Of a stretch of 64,000 bases of DNA, positions 39,288 through 52,711 are shown in pieces (the first letter of the stretch is position 1; every line of letters starts with the position of its first letter). The notes beneath the pieces are model-generated. The model saw only the letters and a list, made by a program, of their open reading frames with translations. It was not told the origin of the DNA and ran no database searches. The stretch comes from Nitrospirota bacterium. Its GTDB lineage: Bacteria; Nitrospirota; Nitrospiria; Nitrospirales; Nitrospiraceae. The position numbers and the translations under genes were made by a program. Location: contig CAVPGK010000011.1 in assembly GCA_963703955.1 (NCBI GenBank), forward strand, positions 251,017 to 315,016, read 5' to 3'.

Positions 39288-42053
39288 ATGAATCTTCGGC
39301 ACTTAGAGAAGACGTATGATCCCAAGCAGGTCGAAGAACGCTGGTACCGGTTCTGGACCGAGCGAGCCTATTTTCACGCCTCCGTCGATCACTCAGGAGA
39401 ACCTTACACGATCGTCATCCCTCCTCCCAATGTTACCGGCTCGCTCCACATCGGACATGCACTGACCTATACCTTACAGGACATCTTGATCCGCTGGCGC
39501 CGCATGCAGGGCCGCAATGCGCTCTGGATGCCGGGAATGGATCATGCCGGCATTGCAACCCAGAATGTCGTGGAGCGCCAACTGATAGCCGATGGGTCGT
39601 CACGCGAAGCGCTAGGCCGCGACGCCTTTGTCGCACGTGTCTGGGAATGGAAAGCCAAATACGGCGGGGTCATCCTAGAGCAACTCAAACGATTGGGCGC
39701 CTCCTGTGATTGGGATCGCCTTCGCTTCACGATGGACGAAGGACTATCCGACGCGGTCCGAGAAGTGTTCGTGCGCCTCTATGAAGACGGGCTGATCTAC
39801 CGCGGTGAACGTCTGATTAATTGGTGTCCTCGCTGCCTGACTGCCCTCTCGGATATTGAGGTCGAGCACGAGGATATGAAGGGGAAGCTCTATCATATTC
39901 ATTATCCTTTGACTGACGATCCAGCGACTTTTCTGACCGTGGCGACGACCAGACCCGAGACCATGCTGGGGGACACGGCTGTCGCCGTGCATCCGGAAGA
40001 TCCGCGTTATCGCCACTTGATCGGAAAAACGGTTCGTCTCCCCCTGACCTCCCGCGAGATTCCGATTGTCGGCGATCCGACCCTCGTCGATCGGGAATTC
40101 GGCACCGGCGTGGTCAAGATCACGCCAGCGCATGACTTCAACGACTTCGAGGCCGGCCAGCGGCATCGCCTCCCCCGACTGAAAATCCTCGATCATCGGG
40201 CTCGCCTCGATCCGAGTGGTCTTCAGGCTGCGGCAGTTGACCAGTCGGTCATCAAAGAGGTCCAACTTCTCTCGGTGATCAAAGCCAGGCCGAAAATCGA
40301 ACAGGAACTTCAGTCCCGGGGGCTTCTGGTCAAAGTCGAAGATCACAAGATGGCCATCGGCGGGTGCTATCGATGCAAGACGGTCGTGGAACCGTATCTG
40401 TCCCCCCAATGGTTCGTCAAGATTCAGCCCCTGGCCGATCCGGCCATCAAGGCGGTCGAAGAAGGGCGTATCCGCTTCATTCCCGAGGGCTGGACGAATA
40501 ATTATCTCGGATGGATGCGCGAGATCAAAGATTGGTGCATTTCGCGCCAAATATGGTGGGGACACCAGATCCCGGCCTGGTATTGCCGGAGTTGCCAGAG
40601 CGATGCGTTTCTTCCTTCGGCCGACGGCTCGAAATCCGTGACCATATCGTCCACGGCCAAGCCGATCGTCGCACGAACCGCGCCGACCCATTGTCCGAGC
40701 TGCGGCACGCACGAATTTATCCGAGATCCGGATGTGCTGGATACCTGGTTCTCCTCCGCCCTCTGGCCATTCTCAACGCTGGGATGGCCCGTCCGAACGC
40801 CAGACCTGAAGACTTTTTATCCTACGTCCACGCTTGTCACCGGCTTGGACATCTTATTCTTCTGGGTGGCCCGCATGGTCATGATGGGACTCAAGTTCAC
40901 CGGCGACGTCCCCTTCCGCGATGTGTACATCCACGCTCTGGTCCGCGACGCTGAGGGTCAGAAGATGAGCAAGTCCAAAGGCAACGTGATCGACCCACTA
41001 AGCGTGATGGATCAGTACGGTACGGATGCCCTCCGCTTTACTTTGGCATCGATGGCCTCACCCGGCCGTGACATCAAACTCGCCGAGGAACGCATTGAAG
41101 GCTATCGAAACTTCGGGAATAAGATTTGGAACGCTGCCCGGTTTATCCTCATGAATCTCGACGGTCCACGCGAGAAGGCTTCATCCCAGGACCGTTCATT
41201 CGCCGATCGCTGGATCCTCAGTCGCCTGAATCGGGCAATTTGGGATGTCGCGAGCGCGCTTGACCACTATCGCTTCGACCAAGCCGCCAAATCGCTCTAT
41301 CAATTCATCTGGCGCGAGTACTGCGACTGGTATCTTGAACTGATCAAGCCCGCGCTCACGGATAAGGCCTCCGTTGACGCCGGAAAGACTCGGGATACTC
41401 TCATCGGGTCATTTGGGGTGATCCTTCGACTGCTTCACCCCTTCATGCCCTTTATCTCCGAAGAGATCTGGCAGACGCTCCCGCAGCAGAGCGGCCAAGG
41501 TGACAGCGTCATGATTCAATCCTATCCGGTGCCGATCGCGGATTGGGAAGCGAAGGACACGGAAGCAGAATTCGCCACACTTGAGCGATTCGTCACCGCG
41601 GTTCGAACCGGTCGGGCCCTCTTGAGTTACCCGCCAGGGAAGAACCTGTCCATGTTTGGCGCGGTCAAGGATCAAACCGAGTTCGACACGTTAAAGATGC
41701 TGAAGCCTCATATCGAACACTTGGCTCGCGGGGTCGTACACCTGTCTCCAGTAGACTCATGGCCCTCGAAGGATGTCCTCCGTCTAGCGGAAGAAGGCAT
41801 GACCGTGGGCCTGCTCGTTGATCAAGAGATTGATTTGAAGAAGATCTTGGAACGAATCACGAAACAACAAAAGGACGGTGCAGCGGAAACCAATCGTTTG
41901 ACCGCAAAGTTGAGCAACGCCGATTTTACCGCCAAAGCTCCGGCCGAGGTCGTCGAGGACCATCAGCAACGTATTCAGACGATGACTCACCAACTGGACC
42001 TGCTCAAGAGCAGTGAGGCCCAGCTCATTGCCATGATGCGATCGCGCTCATGA
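39288..42053 (+). CDS. valS: Valine--tRNA ligase
   Basis: PPPNVTGSLHIGH, DWCISRQIWWGH, KMSKSKGN, C-terminal coiled coil. Confidence 0.98.
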   Translation: MNLRHLEKTYDPKQVEERWYRFWTERAYFHASVDHSGEPYTIVIPPPNVTGSLHIGHALTYTLQDILIRWRRMQGRNALWMPGMDHAGIATQNVVERQLIADGSSREALGRDAFVARVWEWKAKYGGVILEQLKRLGASCDWDRLRFTMDEGLSDAVREVFVRLYEDGLIYRGERLINWCPRCLTALSDIEVEHEDMKGKLYHIHYPLTDDPATFLTVATTRPETMLGDTAVAVHPEDPRYRHLIGKTVRLPLTSREIPIVGDPTLVDREFGTGVVKITPAHDFNDFEAGQRHRLPRLKILDHRARLDPSGLQAAAVDQSVIKEVQLLSVIKARPKIEQELQSRGLLVKVEDHKMAIGGCYRCKTVVEPYLSPQWFVKIQPLADPAIKAVEEGRIRFIPEGWTNNYLGWMREIKDWCISRQIWWGHQIPAWYCRSCQSDAFLPSADGSKSVTISSTAKPIVARTAPTHCPSCGTHEFIRDPDVLDTWFSSALWPFSTLGWPVRTPDLKTFYPTSTLVTGLDILFFWVARMVMMGLKFTGDVPFRDVYIHALVRDAEGQKMSKSKGNVIDPLSVMDQYGTDALRFTLASMASPGRDIKLAEERIEGYRNFGNKIWNAARFILMNLDGPREKASSQDRSFADRWILSRLNRAIWDVASALDHYRFDQAAKSLYQFIWREYCDWYLELIKPALTDKASVDAGKTRDTLIGSFGVILRLLHPFMPFISEEIWQTLPQQSGQGDSVMIQSYPVPIADWEAKDTEAEFATLERFVTAVRTGRALLSYPPGKNLSMFGAVKDQTEFDTLKMLKPHIEHLARGVVHLSPVDSWPSKDVLRLAEEGMTVGLLVDQEIDLKKILERITKQQKDGAAETNRLTAKLSNADFTAKAPAEVVEDHQQRIQTMTHQLDLLKSSEAQLIAMMRSRS

Positions 42054-42060
42054 GAATCAG

Positions 42061-42954
42061 ATGAACCTCGTGCCAAAAGACCAGATTTGTGCGGCCGTCC
42101 GAATCGCGCTGACGGAGGACCTGGCGCTCGGTGATGCGACAACCGCGGCCTTGTTCCCAAGACCCGTCCAAGCGCGTGGCTCTATCGTCGCGCGTCACAC
42201 CATGACCATCGCGGGGATTGCGGTCGCTCGGGAGGCTTTTGCTCAAGTTGATCCCGACATTGTTGTGATCCATGCCCTCACAGACGGCCAAGCCGTGGAG
42301 AAGGACACAATCGTGTTGACGATTGAAGGCGACGGCCGGTCTTTGCTGGCAGCGGAGCGTGTGGCGCTGAATTTTCTGCAACGTCTGTCCGGTGTCGCCA
42401 CACTCACCGCGCGCTTTTGCGCGGCGGTCCGCGGCTACCGCACCCGTATCCTGGATACGCGAAAAACGACGCCTGGTCTCCGCCGCCTGGAAAAATGGGC
42501 GGTGCGGCTCGGCGGCGGATGCAACCATCGGAGTTCGCTGGGAGACGGCATTCTGATCAAAGACAATCATCTCACGCTACTCAACAGCCAGCGGATCTCG
42601 CCGGCGCAAGCCTGCCGCCTGGCCCGCGAATGCGGCCCGCATGGGCTCCGCGTCATTGTCGAAGCGCAATCAATGGATCAGGTGCGTGAGGCGGTTCGCG
42701 GCCACGCGGACGTCATCCTGCTGGACAATATGACGGTCTCTCAGGTCCGAGATGCCCTGGCGGTGATTAAGGGACGCGCGGTAGTGGAGGCATCGGGCGG
42801 CATCACTCTGGAGACGGTCCGAGACATGGCCGCGGCCGGGGTCGACTACGTCTCCCTCGGAACGCTCACGCATTCGGCCCCCGCCGCTGATCTGAGCATG
42901 GACATCGTGGCTATTAAATCACGCAGACCGCGCCGAGTCCGGACGCGCGCATGA
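42061..42954 (+). CDS. nadC: Nicotinate-nucleotide diphosphorylase (carboxylating)
   Basis: ERVALN, DTRKTTPG, LIKDNH, ILLDNM, EASGGI. Confidence 0.96.
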   Translation: MNLVPKDQICAAVRIALTEDLALGDATTAALFPRPVQARGSIVARHTMTIAGIAVAREAFAQVDPDIVVIHALTDGQAVEKDTIVLTIEGDGRSLLAAERVALNFLQRLSGVATLTARFCAAVRGYRTRILDTRKTTPGLRRLEKWAVRLGGGCNHRSSLGDGILIKDNHLTLLNSQRISPAQACRLARECGPHGLRVIVEAQSMDQVREAVRGHADVILLDNMTVSQVRDALAVIKGRAVVEASGGITLETVRDMAAAGVDYVSLGTLTHSAPAADLSMDIVAIKSRRPRRVRTRA

Positions 42955-43799
42955 AATCAGTTGTTCCCGCATTTCAACCGTTGACCACTCATGCGATCCG
43001 TACCGCCTTATCCACGAATATCTTCGGACGCATGCTTCATCTGTTGGATGAAGTCCCCTCGACAAATACCGTGGCCGCCCGTCTTGCCCAGGATGGCGCC
43101 CTGCACGGAACCGTGATCGTCGCAGAAGCACAGTCGGCCGGCCGAGGCCGCTTGGGGCGTCTGTGGCACTCCCCACCTGGAAAGAACCTCTACTGCTCAA
43201 TCATTCTACGCCCCCATCCACTGCCCGGCCAGCTACCATTGTGGCTTTCCTGGATCCCCTTGCTCTCTGCTGTTGCCGCCGCACGTACCGTCCAAGTTGT
43301 GGCCGCTCTCCATCCCTCCGTGAAATGGCCGAACGATATCTTTGTTGGTCCCCGCAAGGTCGGCGGGCTCCTCTGCGAAAGCAGCGGCGCCGGAACCCCC
43401 AGTATCTTTGTCGTCGTGGGCATCGGCTTGAATGTCAATATTCGGGCACACGACTTCCCCGAAGAGCTTCGGAACCGGGCGACGTCCATGGCGATCGAAG
43501 CCAACCGCCCGTTTGATCGGACAAGCGTTTTGAGCGCTCTCCTTTCAGAACTGGAAATCAGGTATGAGACCTTGGTGTCCGGACACTTCACAGACCTCGT
43601 GGACGAATACCGGATGCGTTGTTCCACACTCGGCCGGCGGGTTCGGATTTCCCTGGTCGGGGAAGACACGCTCGAAGGATGGGCCGAGTCCATCGCCGCG
43701 GACGGCTCGCTCAAGATCGTGCGTGGCGGGTCATCAGCCGGCCCACACGGTGAGGAAATTGTTGATGTTCGAGCGGGAGATGTCGTGCATCTCCGGTAA
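42951..43799 (+). CDS. birA: Biotin--[acetyl-CoA-carboxylase] ligase (no HTH)
   Basis: STN, QSAGRGRLGR.W.SP, KWPND, KVGGLL, GIGLNV. Confidence 0.95.
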   Translation: MKSVVPAFQPLTTHAIRTALSTNIFGRMLHLLDEVPSTNTVAARLAQDGALHGTVIVAEAQSAGRGRLGRLWHSPPGKNLYCSIILRPHPLPGQLPLWLSWIPLLSAVAAARTVQVVAALHPSVKWPNDIFVGPRKVGGLLCESSGAGTPSIFVVVGIGLNVNIRAHDFPEELRNRATSMAIEANRPFDRTSVLSALLSELEIRYETLVSGHFTDLVDEYRMRCSTLGRRVRISLVGEDTLEGWAESIAADGSLKIVRGGSSAGPHGEEIVDVRAGDVVHLR

Positions 43800-43885
43800 A
43801 TGGCGGTATGACGTGAATCGTGAGCGACTTTTCGTTCGTCGCGAAGCTGCCTGGGTTCACAATATGATTCGCGGTTAACGAATAA

Positions 43886-44668
43886 TTGGTTTCAATGCTG
43901 CTGGCCATCGATATCGGCAACTCCAACGTTCTCTGGGGAATCTACGAGAAGGAAGCACTCAGGGGGCATTGGCGCATCGCGACCGATTCCTCCAAAACCG
44001 CTGATGAATATGGGCATTTGTGCCTCGGGCTCCTCGAGACCGCCGGGATCAGATCAGAGCTCATCACCGGCGCAATTCTTGCCAGTGTAGTGCCCTCCCT
44101 CACCGCGACCTTTGAGGAAATGGTCGAAACCTATTTTCACCAACTCCCCCTGATCGTATCCGCCGACCTGGATTCCGGCCTGACGCTCAACTACCCAAAC
44201 CCTGGAGAAATCGGGAGCGACCGAATCGTCAATGCGGCGGCGGCCTATGCGCGTTACCAGGGCACGTTGATCATCGTCGATTTCGGCACAGCCACGACCT
44301 TTTGCACGGTCAGTCATTCCGGGGAATATCTGGGCGGAGTGATCGCGCCAGGGCTCGGCATCGCCGCCGACGCGCTGTGCTCTCGCACCGCTAAACTCCC
44401 TAAGGTCGATCTCGTCCGCCCCAAAAGCGTCATTGGCAAAGATACCGTCAGCAGCATCCAGTCGGGTCTGATTTTCGGCTATGCGGGCCTCGTGGATGAA
44501 CTGGTGACTCGCATCCAGGCCGAGCTGGGTCAGAAAGCCAGAGTGATTGCCACGGGAGGACTGGCGACGCTCATCGCGCCTGAATCCCGTACCATTCAAG
44601 AAGTCAGACCGTTCTTGACGCTAGAAGGACTGCACCTGCTCTACCGAAGAACTCGCGGAGAGAGCTAA
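43886..44668 (+). CDS. coaX: Type III pantothenate kinase
   Basis: IDIGNS, GSDR, VDFGTATT, GGVIAPG, ATGG, LTLEGL. Confidence 0.95.
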   Translation: MVSMLLAIDIGNSNVLWGIYEKEALRGHWRIATDSSKTADEYGHLCLGLLETAGIRSELITGAILASVVPSLTATFEEMVETYFHQLPLIVSADLDSGLTLNYPNPGEIGSDRIVNAAAAYARYQGTLIIVDFGTATTFCTVSHSGEYLGGVIAPGLGIAADALCSRTAKLPKVDLVRPKSVIGKDTVSSIQSGLIFGYAGLVDELVTRIQAELGQKARVIATGGLATLIAPESRTIQEVRPFLTLEGLHLLYRRTRGES

Positions 44669-44759
44669 TACGCGAATTCCTTCAAGCCGAAACAAAATCA
44701 CGGGAAGCGGTTGACTTTAGAAGCCAAGTGGCTATCTCCCTCCAGAATAGGAGCCTTGC

Positions 44760-47330
<2,571 letters not shown>

Positions 47331-47400
47331 GGTACAATGTCGCTGGAAAAACGCCGGGTTATGCCCATCATGACCCGGCGTTCGTTCACCTTCATCCCAA

Positions 47401-48532
47401 ATGGCACACGTGGCTAAACGCGACTACTACGAGATCCTCGGCGTTGATCGTCAGGCGGCCGACGACGACTTGAAGAAAGCGTTTCGCAAGCTGGCCCGCC
47501 AATGCCATCCCGATCTTCAGACCGGAGAGCAGCAGAAAAAGGCCGCGGAAGAGAAGTTCAAGGAACTCAACGAAGCTTACGAGGTCCTCAGCGACCAGGA
47601 GAAACGCCGGCGATATGACCTGTTCGGACATGCCGCGGGACAGCAAGGATTGCGGCGGCGGGTTCGACAGCGATTTTGGCCGCGGCGGGTTCGGCGATGT
47701 ATTCAATGACATCTTTGAAGACTTTTTCGGCGGTGGTGCACGCAGCGGACAGCGCGTCGAGCGAGGAACCGACCTCCAGTACAACCTCGAGCTGTCCTTC
47801 GAGGAGGCCGTCTACGGAAAGGAAGCCAAGCTCAAGATCCCGCGCTGGGAAGTCTGTGAGAGTTGCCACGGGACCGGCGCTCGTTCATCGGCAGCCATCA
47901 AGGCATGCGCAACCTGCAAGGGAGCGGGCCAGCTCCGCTTTCAGCAAGGATTCTTCAGCGTCAGCCGTCCCTGCACCACGTGCGAGGGCGCCGGGCAGAT
48001 CATTACGGACCCCTGTGGGACCTGTCGGGCGAAGAAACGCATCTACCGCGAACGGGTTCTCTCAGTGAACATCCCGGCGGGAATCGAGTCGGGCATGCGG
48101 CTGCGTCTTTCCAATGAAGGAGAGCACGGGATCAACGGAGGTCCTCCAGGAGACCTGTTCGTCGCCATCACGGTCAAGCCCCACCCCGTCTTTACGCGAA
48201 AAGCGAATGATATTGTCTGTGATGTTCCGGTCTCGTTCGTCACGGCGATTCTGGGGGGAAAGGTCGAAGTCCCAACTCTCAAGGGCAACACTGTGATCAA
48301 AGTGCCCCCCGGCACGCAACATGATAAGACCTTGCGTCTAAGAGGTCTAGGGGTACCCAGCCTCAAGGGGCACCAGACCGGCGATCAGATCTTCAAGGTG
48401 AAGATCCAGCTTCCCTCCAAGTTGACGCCCAAGCAGAAGGAGCTGTTGACCGAATTCGCCAAAGAAAGCGGGATGTCCATGGATGGTGAAGGGGATGGAT
48501 TTTTTGATAAGATGAAGACGTTCTTTGAATGA
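47401..48532 (+). CDS. dnaJ: Molecular chaperone DnaJ (+1 indel at ~47652)
   Basis: J domain with HPD; G/F region; CxxCxGxG repeats in the second frame. Confidence 0.95.
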
Positions 48533-48571
48533 CCGTCGCAACCCGCAAACGACCACCATCTTCCCTCTTCC

Positions 48572-49309
48572 ATGCCCGTCTTCTTCATCTCTCCTGACGC
48601 AATCCGACACGGAACGGTGACCATCACCGGGCCGCTCCTCGATCACTTGCGAGCCAGTCTTCGCACGCAGGACGGCGAAGAACTCTGGGTCATGGACGGA
48701 CTGCGACAACGCTATCGCGTCCGTGTCAAACACATCGACCGCCGGGAATTATGCGGTCAAATCCTTGAACAGAAGACCGCTCCTATCCGGACCAGTCCCA
48801 CCGTCACGCTGGGCCAGGCCATGCTGAAGGGCGAACGCATGGAATGGGTCGTACAAAAGGCGACTGAACTGGGGATAGCCGCCCTTGTCCCGCTCCTTAC
48901 GGCTCGCGTCATCACGCGTCCCAGGTCGGAGCGGCTGAAACCGCTGCAGGCGCGGTGGCAGCGCATCGCATTGGAAGCCTCTCAGCAAGCCGAGCGATGG
49001 GATATTCCGGTGATCTCTTCTTGTCTCTCTGCTTCTGACTTCTTTGCCACATCCGCATCCACCGGCCTGAGGCTCATTCTCAGGGAACGAGAGTCAGGAG
49101 AAAGCCTGCAGACCATCATCCTGCCGGCTGGGTCGGACCAGAGCATTATTCTCGCGGTGGGACCTGAAGGCGGATGGGAACAAGAAGAACTTCATCATGC
49201 TGCAGAACACGGGTTTATCCCGGTTACCCTCGGCACACGTGTGCTCCGAGCGGAAACAGCCGCTATCGCCGCCGCGAGTATCCTGCAGAGCCGTCTGGGA
49301 GAGCTGTGA
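48572..49309 (+). CDS. rsmE: 16S rRNA (uracil-1498-N3)-methyltransferase
   Basis: VQKATELG, EASQQAER, VGPEGGW, LGTRVLRAETA; follows dnaJ. Confidence 0.95.
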   Translation: MPVFFISPDAIRHGTVTITGPLLDHLRASLRTQDGEELWVMDGLRQRYRVRVKHIDRRELCGQILEQKTAPIRTSPTVTLGQAMLKGERMEWVVQKATELGIAALVPLLTARVITRPRSERLKPLQARWQRIALEASQQAERWDIPVISSCLSASDFFATSASTGLRLILRERESGESLQTIILPAGSDQSIILAVGPEGGWEQEELHHAAEHGFIPVTLGTRVLRAETAAIAAASILQSRLGEL

Positions 49310-49368
49310 GGAGAAAGCCGGCCTTCAGCATCTTGAAAGCCGAGGCTGGTAGTTACACGCTGATGGCT

Positions 49369-50355
49369 TTATTGCGCGGCGATGATCTGCAAAATCGTTC
49401 CCTTCTCTCCACTTGCCCACCCGCGGGTCGGATTGGGAAACGAGAGCCCGAAGAGCGAATTTTTCAACCGATTTTCCTGCTCGATCCATCGACCTCCCCC
49501 GTCAGTGGTTCGCAAAATGGCCCCATGTTCCCCGACAATCCAACCTGTCTTTGCGTCGGTGAAGCGAACGCGCAGCAGATCGGTCAGTTTCGAGCAGGTT
49601 TGAAGGCAGGGCATCGTGCGATCGATCCACCGTTGACCCCCGTCGATGGTCTGGAACATGGCACCGGCGTTACCCACAGCCCATCCATTCATGGCATCTG
49701 TGAAAAAAACGTCAAAAAACGTGGCCGCGGTCATGAGATCCTGCCCCGTCCAGGTTCGACCGCCGTCTTCAGTGACGAGGATGGTTCCCAAAGCTCCGAC
49801 CGCTCCGCCGTGCTCTGCGTCGACAAAGTGAATGGAGTACAGAATCGAGTTCGTTCCGCTGCTTTGATCAGTCCAGTTCAGTCCTCCATCTTCCGTGCGA
49901 AGAATCGTCCCACCCGCGCCAACTACCCAACCAGAAGAGGGGTTGAAGAAAAAGACACCATAGAGCGCGGACTGGGTTCCACTCACCTGCGGTACCCATG
50001 TTTGTCCGCCGTCTTTGGAATAAAGGATAGTGCCGTTCGACCCTACCACCCAACCGCGCTGCTCGTCGGCAAAGAACACTCCGGTCAGCAATGCCTGGGT
50101 TCCGCTCAAAACCGACTTCCAGTGTTTGCCTCCATCCACGGTCCTCAGAATGCTTCCACCGGAGCCAACCGCCCAGCCTGCGCGCGGATTGAAGAAATGC
50201 ACACCCAGGAGCGTAGCCTCGGTCCCGGATTTTTGAAGAGCCGGTCTAGGCGTCGGCCCTTCAGCAGCGGATCCCTCGCCCAGCGTTCCGATATGAATCA
50301 GCGCTCCGAAGGTGAAAGCCGCCATGATCAGGCGCCATCTTAGGAACATCATCAA
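49369..50355 (-). CDS. YCF48-like beta-propeller (BNR repeat) exported protein
   Basis: Repeated GWxVG..G.IL.T.DGG..W units; signal peptide. Confidence 0.9.
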   Translation of the reverse strand: MMMFLRWRLIMAAFTFGALIHIGTLGEGSAAEGPTPRPALQKSGTEATLLGVHFFNPRAGWAVGSGGSILRTVDGGKHWKSVLSGTQALLTGVFFADEQRGWVVGSNGTILYSKDGGQTWVPQVSGTQSALYGVFFFNPSSGWVVGAGGTILRTEDGGLNWTDQSSGTNSILYSIHFVDAEHGGAVGALGTILVTEDGGRTWTGQDLMTAATFFDVFFTDAMNGWAVGNAGAMFQTIDGGQRWIDRTMPCLQTCSKLTDLLRVRFTDAKTGWIVGEHGAILRTTDGGGRWIEQENRLKNSLFGLSFPNPTRGWASGEKGTILQIIAAQ

Positions 50356-52010
50356 TCCACCCGAAGCGGAGCGGTATCATCGAAGTAGCCCTGCTCCGGA
50401 AGCCCCTTGGCTTCAACGGTGAATTGTCCCGCTTCCACACTCACCCATCGTTTGGGTGTACAACACGTCCCGTCGGGCAATAGATCCCACGAACCTCGAC
50501 GCACCACCAAAGGCCCAGTCATGGAATCGGCAAGAAACTCATGTTGTTTGGCGATCCCGAACGCATGACGATGCGGGACCTTTGCTTTGATCTCCGTGTC
50601 GGTCCACGAGACGATGATCGCCGCCACGCTATTGAAGAGCACCTCGCTGCGGGACACATTCTCTCGCAACTGGATCGGTACGAAATCATGTCCCCCTTCG
50701 TTGAGCCCCGGCTGCGTAGCCTCCGTCGTTTTCAGGAAGTTACCGAAGTTGCTCCCTTTGATCGTCACAATATCATCCAACCCAGCGGAGGCGGGCGAGA
50801 ACGACTCGACCCTCGGGGTGATCACCGTAAAGGTCCCTGCTTCAGCCGAAACAATGCCGGTTTCGGCGCAACACGATCCGTCCGGCTTCGGGGTCGTCGC
50901 TCCGCGCCGCACGACCACCGGGCCACTTTTCGCGCTGTAGGGCACCCAGACATCAATCCGATTGTCATGCCACCGGTAGATAATGGCCGGCACGCCCCCG
51001 AAATCTACCCCGTTCTCTCCCTTATTGAAGTCCACAAACGCAAACGGCGTGGACCCGCTTTCGGAATACAGACCGAAGTTCTCCCCGGTAATTGTGACTA
51101 GGGTTCCGATAGGAGCATTGGCGGGAGACAGGCCGGTCGCTTTCGGCTCGCGCACTGTGAATTCGCCCAGTGTTCGGCTGCTCTTCCCCCGTCTCAGCAC
51201 CAGCGGTCCGCTGCTCGCGTTCAGCGGAACGTGTGCCACGATCAGCACATCCGTCCATTGCGCGATCGATGCGGGCTTGTCACTAAACAAGATCGTGTCT
51301 CCGGGAGACCGTGTCGCTCCGAAGTTTTTGCCGAACAACACGACCTTCGTCCCCGCCGGCCCTGAGGTCGGATCGACGCGAATGGCGGGTATGACATCTA
51401 CCGAGGCGGCATTACTGACGGTGTACTCAACCGGTGCGCAACAGGACCCGTCGGGCAGCGGATCGGAGGAGGCCAGCCGAACGACGATGTCGCCCGATGC
51501 GGCATTGGCGGGAACCTCCACTTCGATCTTGTCATTCCGCCATCGACGAATCTTGGCCGGCACGCCGCTGATCAAGACATCATTAACACCGAACATCGTG
51601 TTGGGGTCTTTCGACCCCGCCGTATTACCGAAATGGGAGCCGGTAATCTGGAGAATCGCGCCAGGCTCGGCCGTCGGTGGCGTCACGGCTTCAATCGTTG
51701 GCTGCTGAAGAGTAAAGGTCCCCCCGACGATCTTCTTTTTTCCCCTCAGCACTTCCACCGGTCCGGTAGTGGCCCGCAGCGGAACCTTGACCACGATAAG
51801 ATTGGGCTCCCATCGCTGGATCAGCGCGGGCGTCCCATTGAAGAGCACGCGATTTTCCTGAGTTGACCGAAAGGGGCCGAAGCCTTTCCCGTCGATGCCG
51901 ACCGTCGCCCCAGGGGCTGCCGAGTTCGGATTCAGGCTGGTCTCGGCCCACCCCGACGCGACAAACGCGGGGACCGACAATCCGACGAACACTATGACGG
52001 CGAACCACAT
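50352..52010 (-). CDS. Exported multi-IPT/TIG-domain protein with three PDG[ST]CC motifs
   Basis: Repeated P..A..G..(V/I).I.G.NFG…V.F….W….I…VP units; stop overlaps the YCF48 start. Confidence 0.85.
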   Translation of the reverse strand: MWFAVIVFVGLSVPAFVASGWAETSLNPNSAAPGATVGIDGKGFGPFRSTQENRVLFNGTPALIQRWEPNLIVVKVPLRATTGPVEVLRGKKKIVGGTFTLQQPTIEAVTPPTAEPGAILQITGSHFGNTAGSKDPNTMFGVNDVLISGVPAKIRRWRNDKIEVEVPANAASGDIVVRLASSDPLPDGSCCAPVEYTVSNAASVDVIPAIRVDPTSGPAGTKVVLFGKNFGATRSPGDTILFSDKPASIAQWTDVLIVAHVPLNASSGPLVLRRGKSSRTLGEFTVREPKATGLSPANAPIGTLVTITGENFGLYSESGSTPFAFVDFNKGENGVDFGGVPAIIYRWHDNRIDVWVPYSAKSGPVVVRRGATTPKPDGSCCAETGIVSAEAGTFTVITPRVESFSPASAGLDDIVTIKGSNFGNFLKTTEATQPGLNEGGHDFVPIQLRENVSRSEVLFNSVAAIIVSWTDTEIKAKVPHRHAFGIAKQHEFLADSMTGPLVVRRGSWDLLPDGTCCTPKRWVSVEAGQFTVEAKGLPEQGYFDDTAPLRVD

Positions 52011-52123
52011 TGTCGACTCCTAGCTGACTGGATAACCACTACGCGAAGACGTGACATCCCTTTGACACGGATGGAGGCTAGAGATCAGAGCGAGGAATCA
52101 CCGGTTGCGAAGGGCGTAGGACA

Positions 52124-52654
52124 CTATAACAAGCGCTCTTTTTTCTTGTCAACCGCTGGAACCGGGATGAGACGGACTTGAACGATCATTTCGATTTCGA
52201 TCGGGGCATTGAGCGGTAACTCGGCCGCGCCGAGAGCCACACGAGCGTGGCGACCAGCTTCGCCGAAAATCCTCACGAGTAGATCCGACGCGCCGTTGAG
52301 CACCGCCGGATGCTGCACAAATCCCTCCGCCGATGCAACATGTCCCACCATCCGAACTACTTGCTTGACCCGGTCGAGTGTCCCCAATTCCTGTTTGATG
52401 ACCGAGAGAGCGTTGAGCAAAGCGACCTTCGCCGCCTCATAGCCCTGCTCCACGGTCAGATCCTTGCCGAGTTTACCCACCATCAGAAGGCGCCCGTCCC
52501 GCAACGGAATCATGCCACTCAAAAAGAGCAGGTCCCCGGCCTGTACTGCCGGAATATACGTGGCCAAGGGCTTGGGGGGCACTGGCAGCGTGATCCCAAG
52601 TTGGGTGAGCGCGTGTTCGAACGATATGCCGGACCCTTTCTCTTTATCCAACAT
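52124..52654 (-). CDS. RidA/YjgF family protein
   Basis: LFLSG..P, GKLGKDL, NGASDLL..IFGEAGRHARVALG..ELPLNAPIEIE. Confidence 0.9.
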   Translation of the reverse strand: MLDKEKGSGISFEHALTQLGITLPVPPKPLATYIPAVQAGDLLFLSGMIPLRDGRLLMVGKLGKDLTVEQGYEAAKVALLNALSVIKQELGTLDRVKQVVRMVGHVASAEGFVQHPAVLNGASDLLVRIFGEAGRHARVALGAAELPLNAPIEIEMIVQVRLIPVPAVDKKKERLL

Positions 52655-52711
52655 AGCCGCGAGAACCTCGTCCGATCAAGGTGTGTGGCTCGGATTCATA
52701 ATCAGCCCGCA

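Noticed and set aside
52047..52073. Third CATCC…CGT ECF-like promoter upstream of the IPT/TIG gene
   Set aside because: 17-bp spacer and CGTC instead of CGTA; too weak to call.
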